The position numbers and the translations under genes are program-made. Positions 1 through 9,564 of a stretch of 64,000 bases of DNA are shown here, piece after piece. The stretch covers positions 35,172-99,171 of the forward strand of contig JAOUMU010000001.1 of the NCBI GenBank assembly GCA_029881335.1, written 5' to 3'. This DNA is from Nitrospinota bacterium. GTDB taxonomy: Bacteria; Nitrospinota_A; UBA7883. Each line of letters starts with the position of its first letter. Position 1 is the stretch's first letter. The notes under the pieces are model-generated. The model saw only the letters and a list, made by a program, of their open reading frames with translations, did not search any database and was not told the DNA's origin.

Positions 1-1441
1 CATCATTTTCCATTTCGTCATTACCATCCATGCCGCCACCTCCGGCGCCCTTGGCCTTTTCAGCCTCGCGCTCATGGGACACCATGCCAGCCAGGTTGTT
101 TCTTTTTATCATTCTATACAGCGACATGCGGGCGATTCCCGCATTCTCGGAAGCCTGGGTTATGTTCCCCTTGCAAGTGTAGAGCAGGTTCTCCAGAAAA
201 TCCTTCTCAAACTCGCCCAGGCACGATTCTCTGGCCTTTTTATAGGTCATGCCCCGCATGGCTCCCTGACGGCGAATGTTATCCGGCAGGTCCGCCGAGG
301 TCAACTCGTTTGTGTTTGCTCCCGCCACCGCGGTCTCCAGCGCTCCCATCAGCTCCCGCACATTGCCTGGCCAGTGATACTCCGCCAAAATCCGCATAAA
401 GTCATTCCCCACGGTTGTCGGCTCGGCGCCATCCCGCTTGGCCATGGCCGCCAGAAAGCTCTCGGTAAGCGCCGGTATATCCTCCGTCCGCTCCCGCAAG
501 GGTGGTATATGGATATTCACCACGTTTAGCAGAAAGTAGAGATCCTGGCGGAATTTCCCCTCGTTCACCATCCCCTTCAGATCGGCGTCGGTGGAACAGA
601 TCACCCGAGCGTTCAGCGGAGCCGATTCCCTCCTGCCCGGCAAGTCTGCCCCCTTGTTTTGCAGAATCCTGGCCAGTTGCGCCTGGGCATGAGGAGCCAG
701 CCGATCCACTCCGTCCATGTATAAGGTTCCCCCCTCCGCAGCCAGGAAAAAGTACTCAGGGCCTGCCTTTTCTCCAGCGATTGTGGCCGCTGGCGGCTGG
801 GCCAATAGCCGCTCCTTGGTCAGCTCGGCGCAATCCACCACCACAAAAGGCGCGCCGTCCCGGCCACCGTGGACATGGATGGCCATGGCCGCCGTCCGTT
901 TGCCGGTTCCCGTCTCCCCCTGGATCATGACACAAGTCCTGGAGGACGCCACCTTGGTTATTATCTGGGTTATCTGGGCCATGGCCCGGCTCCGCCCCAC
1001 GAAATTGTTACGCAAAAAGTCTTCGCGCACCTTTTGGCGCAGCATGTCGTTTTCGTTCACCAGCCTGCTTTTTTCCAGGGCGCGCCGAACGGTGATCACG
1101 AACTGGTCTGGCGAGAATGGCTTTGTGACGTAATCGAAAGCGCCGCTTTTCACAGCTTCCACCACCCCCTCTATAGTGGCATAGGCGGATATCATGATGA
1201 CAGGCATTTCGGGAAACTCCCCCTTTATCGCCGCCAACAGCTCCACACCGTTCATCCCTGGCATCTTGAAGTCGGTCACCACCGCCTCCGGCCGCAAGGC
1301 GCGGATCATCCGCAGGGCCTCGAAAGGGTCCGTGGAGCCTATGCAGGATATCTCTTCATCCTCCAGGATCCTCACGCACGACTCCAGGAGATCCGGCTCG
1401 TCGTCCACCAGCACCACACGCGCGCTTTCCTGTTCATGCAT
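1..1441 (-). CDS. sigma54-dependent response regulator (NtrC/Fis family), partial; the C-terminus runs off the window
   Basis: The reverse complement from 1441 translates MHEQESARVVLVDDEPDLLE (REC), then a VMIQGETGTGKR Walker A typical of sigma54 AAA+ activators, then a C-terminal Fis-type HTH (GNITQASENAGIARMSLYRMI) near coordinate 100. No stop occurs before position 1. The ATG overlaps the stop codon of the upstream kinase (ATGCATGA). Confidence 0.85.
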   Translation of the reverse strand, partial: MHEQESARVVLVDDEPDLLESCVRILEDEEISCIGSTDPFEALRMIRALRPEAVVTDFKMPGMNGVELLAAIKGEFPEMPVIMISAYATIEGVVEAVKSGAFDYVTKPFSPDQFVITVRRALEKSRLVNENDMLRQKVREDFLRNNFVGRSRAMAQITQIITKVASSRTCVMIQGETGTGKRTAAMAIHVHGGRDGAPFVVVDCAELTKERLLAQPPAATIAGEKAGPEYFFLAAEGGTLYMDGVDRLAPHAQAQLARILQNKGADLPGRRESAPLNARVICSTDADLKGMVNEGKFRQDLYFLLNVVNIHIPPLRERTEDIPALTESFLAAMAKRDGAEPTTVGNDFMRILAEYHWPGNVRELMGALETAVAGANTNELTSADLPDNIRRQGAMRGMTYKKARESCLGEFEKDFLENLLYTCKGNITQASENAGIARMSLYRMIKRNNLAGMVSHEREAEKAKGAGGGGMDGNDEMEND

Positions 1442-3404
1442 CGGCGATCACCCCCCTGGCTGGCTTTTTCATGGCCTCAAAGGCCGAGCGCAGGCTAACG
1501 GTGAACGAGGCGCCGGCGCCTGACCGGCTCTCCACGCTGATTGTTCCGCCGAAGTCTTTCACCAGGCCATAGCTGATGGAGAGGCCCAGTCCGCTTCCCT
1601 GCCCCACCTCTTTGGTTGTGAAAAATGGTTCGAACAGATGGGCCATCACCTCCTCGGTCATTCCTGGACCGGTATCCGATATCCGCAAATCCACCATCTC
1701 CGTCCCCTTACGGGCGGTCGCCACGGTGATCACCGCTCCTTTTTCAGAAGCCTGGAATGCGTTGAATACAATATTGTAGATTACCTGTTCCATCCCGGCG
1801 GCGTCGGCCCACACGAAGGGGATATCCTTATCAAGCTCAAGTTTTAGGACTATCCCCTTTTTCCTGACCGGGTAGTCGATAAGATCCAGCACCCGGCGGG
1901 TTATCTCGTTCAAGTCTACGGAAGACAGATCCCCTGGCTTGGAGCGGGAAAAAGTGAGCAGGTTGCCGGCGATTCTGCCGATACGCAGAGCATGGTGGGT
2001 CACCACCTCCAGGTCTTTCCTGGCTTTTTCAATCTCCCCTCTATCCACGGCCCTGCGGATAAGCTCCAGACGGGTGACCACTACCGAGATAGGGTTGTTT
2101 ATCTCGTGGGCCACTCCAGCGCTCAAAAAGCCTATGGCCGCCATCTTCTCCGCCTCCATCAGTTTCCGCTCCACCTCCTTGATCTTTTGGGAACGATCCT
2201 CCACCTTCTTTTCCAGCGATATACCATACTCGGTCAGCGATTCTGCCATGGCGTTAAAGGCGTCGGCCAGCGCTTCTATCTCATCCCCGGAGCGGATGAC
2301 GATCTTCCCGGAGCCCTCGCGGGTATCGGCGAAGCGCTCCACTCCCATGCGCAGAGCCCTGATGTTCCGAGTAAGCGCCCGGGAGAGGGCTATGGCCACA
2401 AGAGTCGCCAGAGCCAGGGCTCCCACGGCGCCCAATGCGTATTTTCTATTGATCACTCCAGCTTCAGGTCGCATCAGCTCCCTTGGGTAGCGGTCATACA
2501 CCACGAAGAAACGAGACCTGTCATCCGGCTCCGGAAAGACTGCTGCATAGGCGAACAGGGCGTTTGGGTCGTCATAAATTATACCTGTCCGACCGGAAAG
2601 AATCTGGCGGGACACGTTGCGGGGGTAGGCGGCTTTAACGTTCTCCTTCTCCATGGCAAAGAGGGTGGACTGGGTGGTCTCTTTTTCCATAAAAGGGTTG
2701 AAAAGATACTTCCCCTCGTGGGTCACCAGGGCTGCGGCGCGCCGGTTCTCCAGTGACATTCGGGAAAGCCCCTCCATCACCTCCGAGCCGTTCAGGTCCA
2801 GGTATATGATCCCCGTGGCGATCCCCTTTTCATCGAACACCTTTGTGGCGTATCTGGTGAGGGTGACGGAGCTTAGTTTCACGTCCTGGGGCACGATAGC
2901 CTGCATGGTTATGGCCGCCACCCCGAGGCCTTTCTGTTTGGCCGCCTCTACAAAATGAGGGGAGGTGACGTGGTTTCTTTTACTGAAATTATCCAGCGCC
3001 GCGACCCTGTTTCCAGACCGATACACGGTCACCACCTCGTCGCCGTATTCATCCAGCAGCCCGGCGGCAGAGTATCCTCCTTTGTTGGTCATAAACCTTA
3101 TAAACTCCCTTTCCACCAGTTCCGTCCAGAACACCATATCCTCTGGTCGATCCCTGGCGGCCACCATCAGGGAGGTGACGGCGTATCCGTGGCGAAGGTT
3201 TTTAATATCGACCTGGGCATTGATGAATGCGCGTTCGATCTCCTTGCTTCGGATCATGGAGTTCAGGAAAATAAGGCGCACCGCTTCCTCCGCCAGAGAA
3301 CCCTGGGCCATTCGCAAATCCTGCAGGCCGAAGTACGCCATGGGTGCAAACGCCACTAGCAGCAGGGCCACCATGAACCTTTTCCAGAGTTTGTTGAACA
3401 CCAT
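1434..3404 (-). CDS. sensor histidine kinase: N-terminal TM, about 300-aa periplasmic sensor, second TM/HAMP, HisKA, HATPase
   Basis: 656-aa ORF with an H-box (AHEINNPIS) and G-boxes (DTGPGM, GSGLGLSI). Two hydrophobic segments flank a long extracytoplasmic domain. It is translationally coupled to the downstream response regulator. Confidence 0.85.
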   Translation of the reverse strand: MVFNKLWKRFMVALLLVAFAPMAYFGLQDLRMAQGSLAEEAVRLIFLNSMIRSKEIERAFINAQVDIKNLRHGYAVTSLMVAARDRPEDMVFWTELVEREFIRFMTNKGGYSAAGLLDEYGDEVVTVYRSGNRVAALDNFSKRNHVTSPHFVEAAKQKGLGVAAITMQAIVPQDVKLSSVTLTRYATKVFDEKGIATGIIYLDLNGSEVMEGLSRMSLENRRAAALVTHEGKYLFNPFMEKETTQSTLFAMEKENVKAAYPRNVSRQILSGRTGIIYDDPNALFAYAAVFPEPDDRSRFFVVYDRYPRELMRPEAGVINRKYALGAVGALALATLVAIALSRALTRNIRALRMGVERFADTREGSGKIVIRSGDEIEALADAFNAMAESLTEYGISLEKKVEDRSQKIKEVERKLMEAEKMAAIGFLSAGVAHEINNPISVVVTRLELIRRAVDRGEIEKARKDLEVVTHHALRIGRIAGNLLTFSRSKPGDLSSVDLNEITRRVLDLIDYPVRKKGIVLKLELDKDIPFVWADAAGMEQVIYNIVFNAFQASEKGAVITVATARKGTEMVDLRISDTGPGMTEEVMAHLFEPFFTTKEVGQGSGLGLSISYGLVKDFGGTISVESRSGAGASFTVSLRSAFEAMKKPARGVIADA

Positions 3405-3432
3405 GGCGCTTACTGTTGGCGTCGTCGGCCGG

Positions 3433-4233
3433 TCAGTTGATGTCCTTTACACAGCGAAAACCGATGACATGACTTTTGAAATGCTTGTTGACGAACTCGC
3501 GATGGGAGCCACGAGCCACCAGGTTCAAGTCCACCCAGGAGCCCCCCTTGACGACTTTCATTACAGGATGTTCCGGATCGGCGGAAGAAGTCCATTCCCG
3601 CACGTTGCCTGCCATGTCCATGGCGCCGTAGGGGCTCTTGTCCCCTGGGGCGTGACCGGTTTGGTTGGCGGAACTGGAGTTGCACAAGGCGTGGCCCATC
3701 AGGCGCATGTCGGAATCTGCCGTGGCCGCCTTCTCCACATCAAATTCGTTTCCCCACGGAAAGATCAATCCGTCCGGGCCCCTGGCGGCTTTTTCCCATT
3801 CCTCCTCGGTGGGGAGCCTTTTGCCCGCCCACTTGGCGTAAGCCTGGGCGTCTTCCCAGGTGACGTACAGGACGGGAAATTCATCCAGTCCTTTCATGTA
3901 GGTTCCGTTCTCCCAGTGCATCGGGGGCTTGGCGCCAGTGGTTTTGACGTATCTGGCGTATTGACGGTTGGTAACCTCGGTCTTGTCGATATAAAAGCTT
4001 TTCAGGCGTACTTTCCTTTTGGGAGTTTCCCAATCGAACCGGTACGTTCCATACATTCGGTGGCCTGCGTATTGCTCCGCCATCTTTTTGGCTTCTTCCC
4101 GAGAGGCGCCCATCCAGAATTCACCCTCCGGCGCCAGGACCATCATTGGTGGGGCTTCCTGGGCGTGAGAGGCTCTGGCCAGAGCGCAGAAGGCCGCAAT
4201 GACCGACACCAGAACCAGGCTCGCGTTTCTCAT
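3433..4233 (-). CDS. secreted FGE-sulfatase (SUMF1/NirV/EgtB-like) domain protein
   Basis: Motifs VTNRQYARYV, RLPTEEEWEKAARG, FPWGNEF, GGSWVD and GFRCV. Signal peptide MRNASLVLVSVIAAFCALARASHA. The start is moved to M22 of the track ORF: this gives a GGAGAG RBS and avoids overlap with the upstream substrate-binding protein gene. Confidence 0.7.
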   Translation of the reverse strand: MRNASLVLVSVIAAFCALARASHAQEAPPMMVLAPEGEFWMGASREEAKKMAEQYAGHRMYGTYRFDWETPKRKVRLKSFYIDKTEVTNRQYARYVKTTGAKPPMHWENGTYMKGLDEFPVLYVTWEDAQAYAKWAGKRLPTEEEWEKAARGPDGLIFPWGNEFDVEKAATADSDMRLMGHALCNSSSANQTGHAPGDKSPYGAMDMAGNVREWTSSADPEHPVMKVVKGGSWVDLNLVARGSHREFVNKHFKSHVIGFRCVKDIN

Positions 4234-4270
4234 TCTCGCAGTCTCTCCTTTTTTCCTTTCCTGACAAAGG

Positions 4271-5536
4271 TTATTTTCCGCCGTGGATATATTCAAATCC
4301 GTATTCGTGCCCAGTTTTCCTCAATTCAAAAATAAAAGCGGTTTTGTCCGCCTCCCGGGTGGAGCCGATGCTGGTGATACCTGTCACGCCCTGATATTTA
4401 TCGATATTCATTAGCGCGGCCCGCACATGGCTGGGGCGCAATGACTCTGCCTTTTCCAGGGCAATGGCCAGGATATGCAGGCTGTCGTATGCCAGAGCGG
4501 CCATTATGGTGGGTGTCTGGCCGAAACGCTCGGTGTAGTTCTTTACAAAAGCCTCCGTCCTGGGTAGTTTCGAGTTTACATCGAATCCGCTGAAGACTAA
4601 AGTCCCCTCTGCGTCTTTTCCCAATTCAGTGAAGGCCTCGGTCATCAGGTCCTCGCATCCTATCACGGGGATTTTGAGCCCCAACTTTTTCATCTCCGTC
4701 ACCAGCTTGACCCCTTCCTCGTCGCCGCCGGTATACACAATCGCGTCGGGAGGGTTTTTTATCATCTTTTTGATCTGGGCCTCAACGCCTCTCTCACCAG
4801 GTATGACGCTATCCATGCCGTGGGACCAGATGTAATACTCATCAATGATTTGAAGATTTCGCTTTATAAGCTCCATCTTGAATACGGCGTTTAGCTGGAT
4901 AGAATAGTCATTGACCACGGAGGAGAAGAGCGCGAATTTTTTCCATGGTCTCTTCTGTTGTATGAAGTCGACCATGGATGATACGCCGTTGGAATCCGTG
5001 AGCGAGTTGCGATAGTTATAGGGCCCCGTGTCCCCCAGCCTTCTTCTTGACCCGGAGGAGATCAGGGGCAACTGGTTGTCGTTTATCATTTTGTTGGCCG
5101 CGAAGCTGACCTCGCTGGTGGCGGCGCCCACCACGGCCACGGCCCTGTGCTTCAGGAAGGTCTCCACTCCGACCCTTGCTCCAGCCACAGATCCGGCGGT
5201 GTCGAAGATAAGCAGGTCAAATTCCTTTCCTCTTATCCCGCCCTTGCCGTTCACTTCATCGGCGGCCAGCTCCGCGCCGTTGGCCGCTTCCTTGCCGAAC
5301 CGGGAAAGTTCGCCACTCATGTCGCCCAGAACGCCGATTTTGGCTTCCCTGGGCTTCTCTTTCATTATTTCTACCTCAGTTTTCTCGCCGAATCCGTATT
5401 CGGGCGAGGCTGCGTCGTTGGTTCCAGCATAGGCGCCGGGACCGGAACCCGCAGCCAGAAAGAAAAACAGGGAATATATTGCCGCATTTATGATAAAGTA
5501 TGGCGTCATCTTGGATTCTTTTTTTTCAGTCATCAT
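4271..5536 (-). CDS. periplasmic ABC-transporter substrate-binding protein (LivK/Peripla_BP_6-like)
   Basis: 421 aa with an N-terminal hydrophobic signal/anchor. It has a type-I periplasmic binding fold signature (IGVLGDMSGELSRFG...AVVGAATSEV...). No permease or ATPase gene is adjacent. Confidence 0.65.
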   Translation of the reverse strand: MMTEKKESKMTPYFIINAAIYSLFFFLAAGSGPGAYAGTNDAASPEYGFGEKTEVEIMKEKPREAKIGVLGDMSGELSRFGKEAANGAELAADEVNGKGGIRGKEFDLLIFDTAGSVAGARVGVETFLKHRAVAVVGAATSEVSFAANKMINDNQLPLISSGSRRRLGDTGPYNYRNSLTDSNGVSSMVDFIQQKRPWKKFALFSSVVNDYSIQLNAVFKMELIKRNLQIIDEYYIWSHGMDSVIPGERGVEAQIKKMIKNPPDAIVYTGGDEEGVKLVTEMKKLGLKIPVIGCEDLMTEAFTELGKDAEGTLVFSGFDVNSKLPRTEAFVKNYTERFGQTPTIMAALAYDSLHILAIALEKAESLRPSHVRAALMNIDKYQGVTGITSIGSTREADKTAFIFELRKTGHEYGFEYIHGGK

Positions 5537-5605
5537 TCCATGGCCTTGTTGTTGCTGTGTTTTATTATGACTTTATAGTAAACAGTCATTTGAGGGGGAT
5601 ATATT

Positions 5606-6256
5606 TTGAAAATAGGGCATCTTAAATCAAGCACTGTGTTATTTGCTTTTTGCTTCATGGCATTTTGCATTTCAAAGGCAGGCGCCGCCGAATCCGACAT
5701 GGTGAAAGTTGCTGCGGGGGAGATTAAGCAGGACCAGAACGGCAAGGCCGTGAAAGTGGGCGCTTTCAAGATCGATAAGCACGAGGTCACCTTCGCGCAA
5801 TTCAACAGCTTTAACAAGGAATTCGAAATCCCCGAGGGGAAAGAGGACCATCCCATAACTGAAGTTACTTTTTTTGACGCCGAGGAGTATTGCAAGCATG
5901 TAGGCAAGAGGTTGCCCACCGGCGCTGAATGGGAACTGGCCGCCAGTGGGACAGATGGAAGGCTGTATCCCTGGGGAAACGAATTCGACTCCACCAAAGC
6001 CAACACTCTCGAGTCCGGGCGTAACGGCACCTCTCCGGTGGGCGCATACCCTGACGGCGCCAGCCCCTCCGGCGCGCTGGACATGAGCGGCAACGTGTGG
6101 GAGTGGGTGGACCAGTACGAGTCCTCCGAGAAGCGTTATCGCCTGGTGTTGGGAGGATCTTTCTTTGATAAAAAGGAGAATTGCACGAACAAGTCCTCTC
6201 TTAAAAGCATTCCCGACGATTCCCACACCTACATCGGCTTTCGATGCGCCAAATAG
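5606..6256 (+). CDS. secreted FGE-sulfatase (SUMF1-like) domain protein, paralogue 2
   Basis: Signal peptide, then RLPTGAEWELAASG, YPWGNEFD, GGSFFD and GFRCAK. It is divergent from the substrate-binding protein gene. Confidence 0.7.
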   Translation: MKIGHLKSSTVLFAFCFMAFCISKAGAAESDMVKVAAGEIKQDQNGKAVKVGAFKIDKHEVTFAQFNSFNKEFEIPEGKEDHPITEVTFFDAEEYCKHVGKRLPTGAEWELAASGTDGRLYPWGNEFDSTKANTLESGRNGTSPVGAYPDGASPSGALDMSGNVWEWVDQYESSEKRYRLVLGGSFFDKKENCTNKSSLKSIPDDSHTYIGFRCAK

Positions 6257-6272
6257 CATCCACCCAGGGTAA

Positions 6273-6746
6273 GTGATGAACAAAACGATATCGGAGAGTA
6301 AATCGATGAAGGCCGTTCGTACCACGTTTTCGGTGGTGGTGCGGGCGGTTGCCCTGGTTTTCATGTTGTTCCTGGTCGTCGGCTGCGAGCAGAGCGGCCC
6401 CACCAGCTTCATACAGTCTTCCGCGGAAGGAGGAGGAAGTAGTTTTTTCGTTCCCAAACCGGAAGACCTGGTGGAGGACCCTGAAACGGGGCTTATGATT
6501 ATCCGCGGCGCCCTAAACATTCACTTTTCCCCTAAGCTTGCCAGGGAGGAGGCGGAAAAAGTCATCGCCGCCTCCGGAGGAGAAATAATCGGCTATGACT
6601 ATTCCGTCAATTTCTTTCAGGCCCGGTTCAAACTGGACGGAGCCGAACTGGAGAAAAAGCGCATCGAGCTTTTGTCCCGCAAGCATGTGGAAACAGTGTC
6701 CCGCGCCAGCGTTTCCGTTCATATCGACCCCTATTACGTAAAATAG
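6273..6746 (+). CDS. hypothetical lipoprotein
   Basis: Signal peptide with a lipobox-like LVVGCEQ. No recognisable domain. Confidence 0.4.
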   Translation: MMNKTISESKSMKAVRTTFSVVVRAVALVFMLFLVVGCEQSGPTSFIQSSAEGGGSSFFVPKPEDLVEDPETGLMIIRGALNIHFSPKLAREEAEKVIAASGGEIIGYDYSVNFFQARFKLDGAELEKKRIELLSRKHVETVSRASVSVHIDPYYVK

Positions 6747-6759
6747 GCCTGCCCTCCTC

Positions 6760-7131
6760 TTACTGGGCGGGCTTCCCCCCGGAGCGCTGCAAAGGTATTA
6801 TCTCCATCTTACGGACTACAGTGCCCGTTTTGGCGTCAAAGAAATCTATGTACCCTTTGAATTCAGGATCCACAGACTGGATCGCCTCCACCGCCTTTTT
6901 GGCGTCCTGGAAGTTTACTATTTCCTGAGCCTCCACCTTGATTGTCACCGCGCCCCGGCTCTCTGCGATTTCATAAAGAATCCAATCCGGATTCACGGCA
7001 GATACGGCGCTGGCAAATTTATCTTCCATATTGGAGCCATCACTCCCCTGCGTACATGCGCCAGCCATCGTCAGAACCAACGCCAGCAGACATGCGGTCC
7101 AGGCCGTGGGCGACTTTTTCACTTCAATCAT
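6760..7131 (-). CDS. hypothetical lipoprotein
   Basis: Signal peptide plus TMAGACTQ lipobox. It is the last gene of the minus-strand operon that begins with the ABC ATPase at 12872. Confidence 0.4.
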   Translation of the reverse strand: MIEVKKSPTAWTACLLALVLTMAGACTQGSDGSNMEDKFASAVSAVNPDWILYEIAESRGAVTIKVEAQEIVNFQDAKKAVEAIQSVDPEFKGYIDFFDAKTGTVVRKMEIIPLQRSGGKPAQ

Positions 7132-7135
7132 TTCC

Positions 7136-7501
7136 TTATTCCCCTCCTCTTTTCTTGTCGTTTTCCTTCAGGTAATCAATTATCAGACGCCTGTTCTTCT
7201 CGTCCTTCATGGCATCCACACTCTTCATTACCTTCTTAAACTTATTTACCAGCTCCAGGGCGTCGGGATCGCCTTTCTTCCACATAGCCTCCGGATCCAA
7301 CAGCCATTCATGTAGCCATTCATCCGACCGCCGGATGGTCACCCCCTCCAGCCCGGGACCCACTTTCGGATCGGCGGAGAGCCGATGACACATGTAGCAT
7401 TTTCTCTTGAACAGCCTTTCCGCCGCCTGAAAATCCTCACTGGCGGAGGGGCTGGCGAACACCCCCAAAGCTATAATAACCAATACTACTTTTTTCAACA
7501 T
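7136..7501 (-). CDS. small periplasmic monohaem cytochrome c
   Basis: Signal peptide and a single CxxCH (KCYMCHR). 121 aa. Confidence 0.7.
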   Translation of the reverse strand: MLKKVVLVIIALGVFASPSASEDFQAAERLFKRKCYMCHRLSADPKVGPGLEGVTIRRSDEWLHEWLLDPEAMWKKGDPDALELVNKFKKVMKSVDAMKDEKNRRLIIDYLKENDKKRGGE

Positions 7502-7524
7502 CTAAAACCTTCTCACGTCGATGA

Positions 7525-8184
7525 TTACTCCAGAAACAACGTTCTGAGGCCCACCCCCATGCTGCTCCAGGATATTTTTCCTTTTTTCACATCCGGAAAT
7601 TTGGCCTTGACCAGTTCCACTGTCTGCTTGCTCTTCTTGAAATCAATTCTTGGTGTCAACTCGGAGTTGTTCGATTCCCTGACATCAATCTCCACCACCA
7701 GCGCGCCATCCTCACCAAGTTCAAAGGTGTTCACCCGCCACTGGTTATCCCCCATGGCGGAGATCTCCTTCTTGACCTTCTCCACCGCCTCCGGGTCCAG
7801 CGATGGCCCCTGCTGCGCTTTCATGACGTTCATATATGTGGCTCTCACGGCGTTTAGAAGCCGATCATCCCCCGTCTGCTCCGCATAATACTTGGACATC
7901 GTCCCGGCGATATTGAAAATGAAGTCCCTTGCATCCGGTGGGGCTTCCGGGCTGGCGGCGTATTCCACCATCTCTTTCACTTCCCCAGGCACTTGGTCGG
8001 CGTGGGTTTTTATCAATTCCTTCATCTGCTTCTCATCCTTCTGGTCGTAAGCCTTGATGAAAAGCTGGCCCACGGAGGGCCCATCCTGCGCCATGGCAGG
8101 AGCTATTGTAACCAGAGCGGCCAGAAGAGTAAACACCGCCCATGCGGACGGCTTGATATGCGTAAGCATTTTGTTCTCCATCAC
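7525..8184 (-). CDS. hypothetical periplasmic protein
   Basis: Signal peptide. No recognisable motif. It overlaps the DUF4340 gene by 4 nt, so it is probably co-transcribed. Confidence 0.4.
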   Translation of the reverse strand: MMENKMLTHIKPSAWAVFTLLAALVTIAPAMAQDGPSVGQLFIKAYDQKDEKQMKELIKTHADQVPGEVKEMVEYAASPEAPPDARDFIFNIAGTMSKYYAEQTGDDRLLNAVRATYMNVMKAQQGPSLDPEAVEKVKKEISAMGDNQWRVNTFELGEDGALVVEIDVRESNNSELTPRIDFKKSKQTVELVKAKFPDVKKGKISWSSMGVGLRTLFLE

Positions 8185-9533
8185 ATAAAAATATTCAGTA
8201 TCCCCTTTACGCCTTCATCTACAGCTAGAATCGATTTTTCAGCTCCTGACTGCGCGTAAATATATCCCGCCGGTGTCCTGCCCCCCAGGCTCAGATACAT
8301 CGGCTCTATACTGGAGTCTTCAAATAGCAATATCTGTGCGAAAGGTGGATACAGCCCGTACTCCATCAAGTTCTTCGGATTGTCGGTGACGAAATCCCTC
8401 ACCCTGATGCTCGCCAATGCGTCGAAAAACTCCTTCACCTGGTTGTAATCGATCTTTTCCCCTTCCAGGCTGTCCATGTGCCATTCCTTTTCCTGATCCC
8501 GCACCAGCATCTGTTTCTTGCCGCGCTGGTGTATCTCTATTCTGGTCAAGCGCTCGGTTTCCATATAGAAAACGTTCCTGCTGCGAAGGTCGGCGGCATC
8601 CCTGGGAATTGCGTTTACAAGATCCTCCTCCACCAGGAAAACGTTCTCCCGGTCGGACATCGATACGTAATAGCCCCGCTTTTCCGGATTGCGGGCGCCG
8701 ATGGAGATGGATACGGTCTCCTCGGAATCTCCCGCCTGCCACAGCGATAGCTTGGCCGCAGGTTTGTCCAAACCGTATTTTGCAACATTAATCCTGGTTT
8801 CGTCAACGAACTCCTTGACTTCCGAATTAAAGAACATACCCATGAGTTCGAACACCCGGTTGTGATCCGCCCTGGCCTTTATCGGTTTTTCTATCGCCCA
8901 TCGCCCATCCCCGGGCAACTTCAGCCTGATATCCTTTCCATCCCGGCTCATGGCGAGCTGATCCACCATCACCGGATTAAACCGCAATATTCTCTTGTCC
9001 CTGAAGTAATATACATCCTTATCCGCCTCGCTACGGGCGTCGGCCAATACCCTATACACAGGCTCCTGCCCTTTGAGCCGGGCGAATGCGATGCCCATGG
9101 TGGGGCCTCTTTTACCGAAAAAGACCGTGTGGTGGGTCAGATCTTGCCCCACCTTCATGGTCAATGTCACAAGAGGATTGGCCAGCCCGAATTCGAGAAG
9201 CCGCTCCGCGCTCGGATTGGGGTCCATCACATACTCGGAATCGTTCTTTGAGGCGGTCACATTTCGCAAAAACTTCTCCACAGCCCCAGAGTCCGCCTTG
9301 GCGTTCAGGGGCTTTGTGATCCTCCAGCCATCCTCCCACCGCTCAATCTCTATGAGGCTCCCCTCCTTTTCCAGCACGATGGCGGCCACCTGCGTAGATT
9401 CAAATTTGAAAAGGCGGCTCTCCTCTTCTTTTCGCTGCTTCTCGGCTATGGTCCTCTCCCAGTCGATATAGCTATATCCGGCCACAGCGGTCAGGATCAT
9501 CACCCAAATGAATGTGGTCTTGTAATATCTCAT
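8181..9533 (-). CDS. DUF4340-like protein, the usual partner of GldG-type ABC auxiliary proteins
   Basis: 450 aa with an N-terminal TM. It sits immediately downstream of the GldG-like gene, which is the arrangement known for this family. No catalytic motifs. Confidence 0.5.
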   Translation of the reverse strand: MRYYKTTFIWVMILTAVAGYSYIDWERTIAEKQRKEEESRLFKFESTQVAAIVLEKEGSLIEIERWEDGWRITKPLNAKADSGAVEKFLRNVTASKNDSEYVMDPNPSAERLLEFGLANPLVTLTMKVGQDLTHHTVFFGKRGPTMGIAFARLKGQEPVYRVLADARSEADKDVYYFRDKRILRFNPVMVDQLAMSRDGKDIRLKLPGDGRWAIEKPIKARADHNRVFELMGMFFNSEVKEFVDETRINVAKYGLDKPAAKLSLWQAGDSEETVSISIGARNPEKRGYYVSMSDRENVFLVEEDLVNAIPRDAADLRSRNVFYMETERLTRIEIHQRGKKQMLVRDQEKEWHMDSLEGEKIDYNQVKEFFDALASIRVRDFVTDNPKNLMEYGLYPPFAQILLFEDSSIEPMYLSLGGRTPAGYIYAQSGAEKSILAVDEGVKGILNIFM

Positions 9534-9564
9534 CTTTCAGATTACTCCGCCCCAGGCCCCGGGC

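Noticed and set aside
74-1523. Five overlapping plus-strand ORFs (74-529, 502-930, 717-1133, 869-1498, 1194-1523) at the window start
   Set aside because: They lie antisense to a clearly homologous sigma54 response-regulator gene (Walker A GETGTGKR, Fis HTH) on the minus strand. Pro/Arg/Gly-rich composition marks them as artefacts of GC-rich DNA.
2965-4335. 456-aa plus-strand ORF spanning the kinase start and the SUMF1 gene
   Set aside because: Antisense to two well-supported minus-strand genes. No motifs, low-complexity composition. Similar long antisense ORFs occur throughout the window (for example 36397-region overlaps, 37114-38145, 38846-40069, 43567-44577, 57776-58495) and were all rejected for the same reason.
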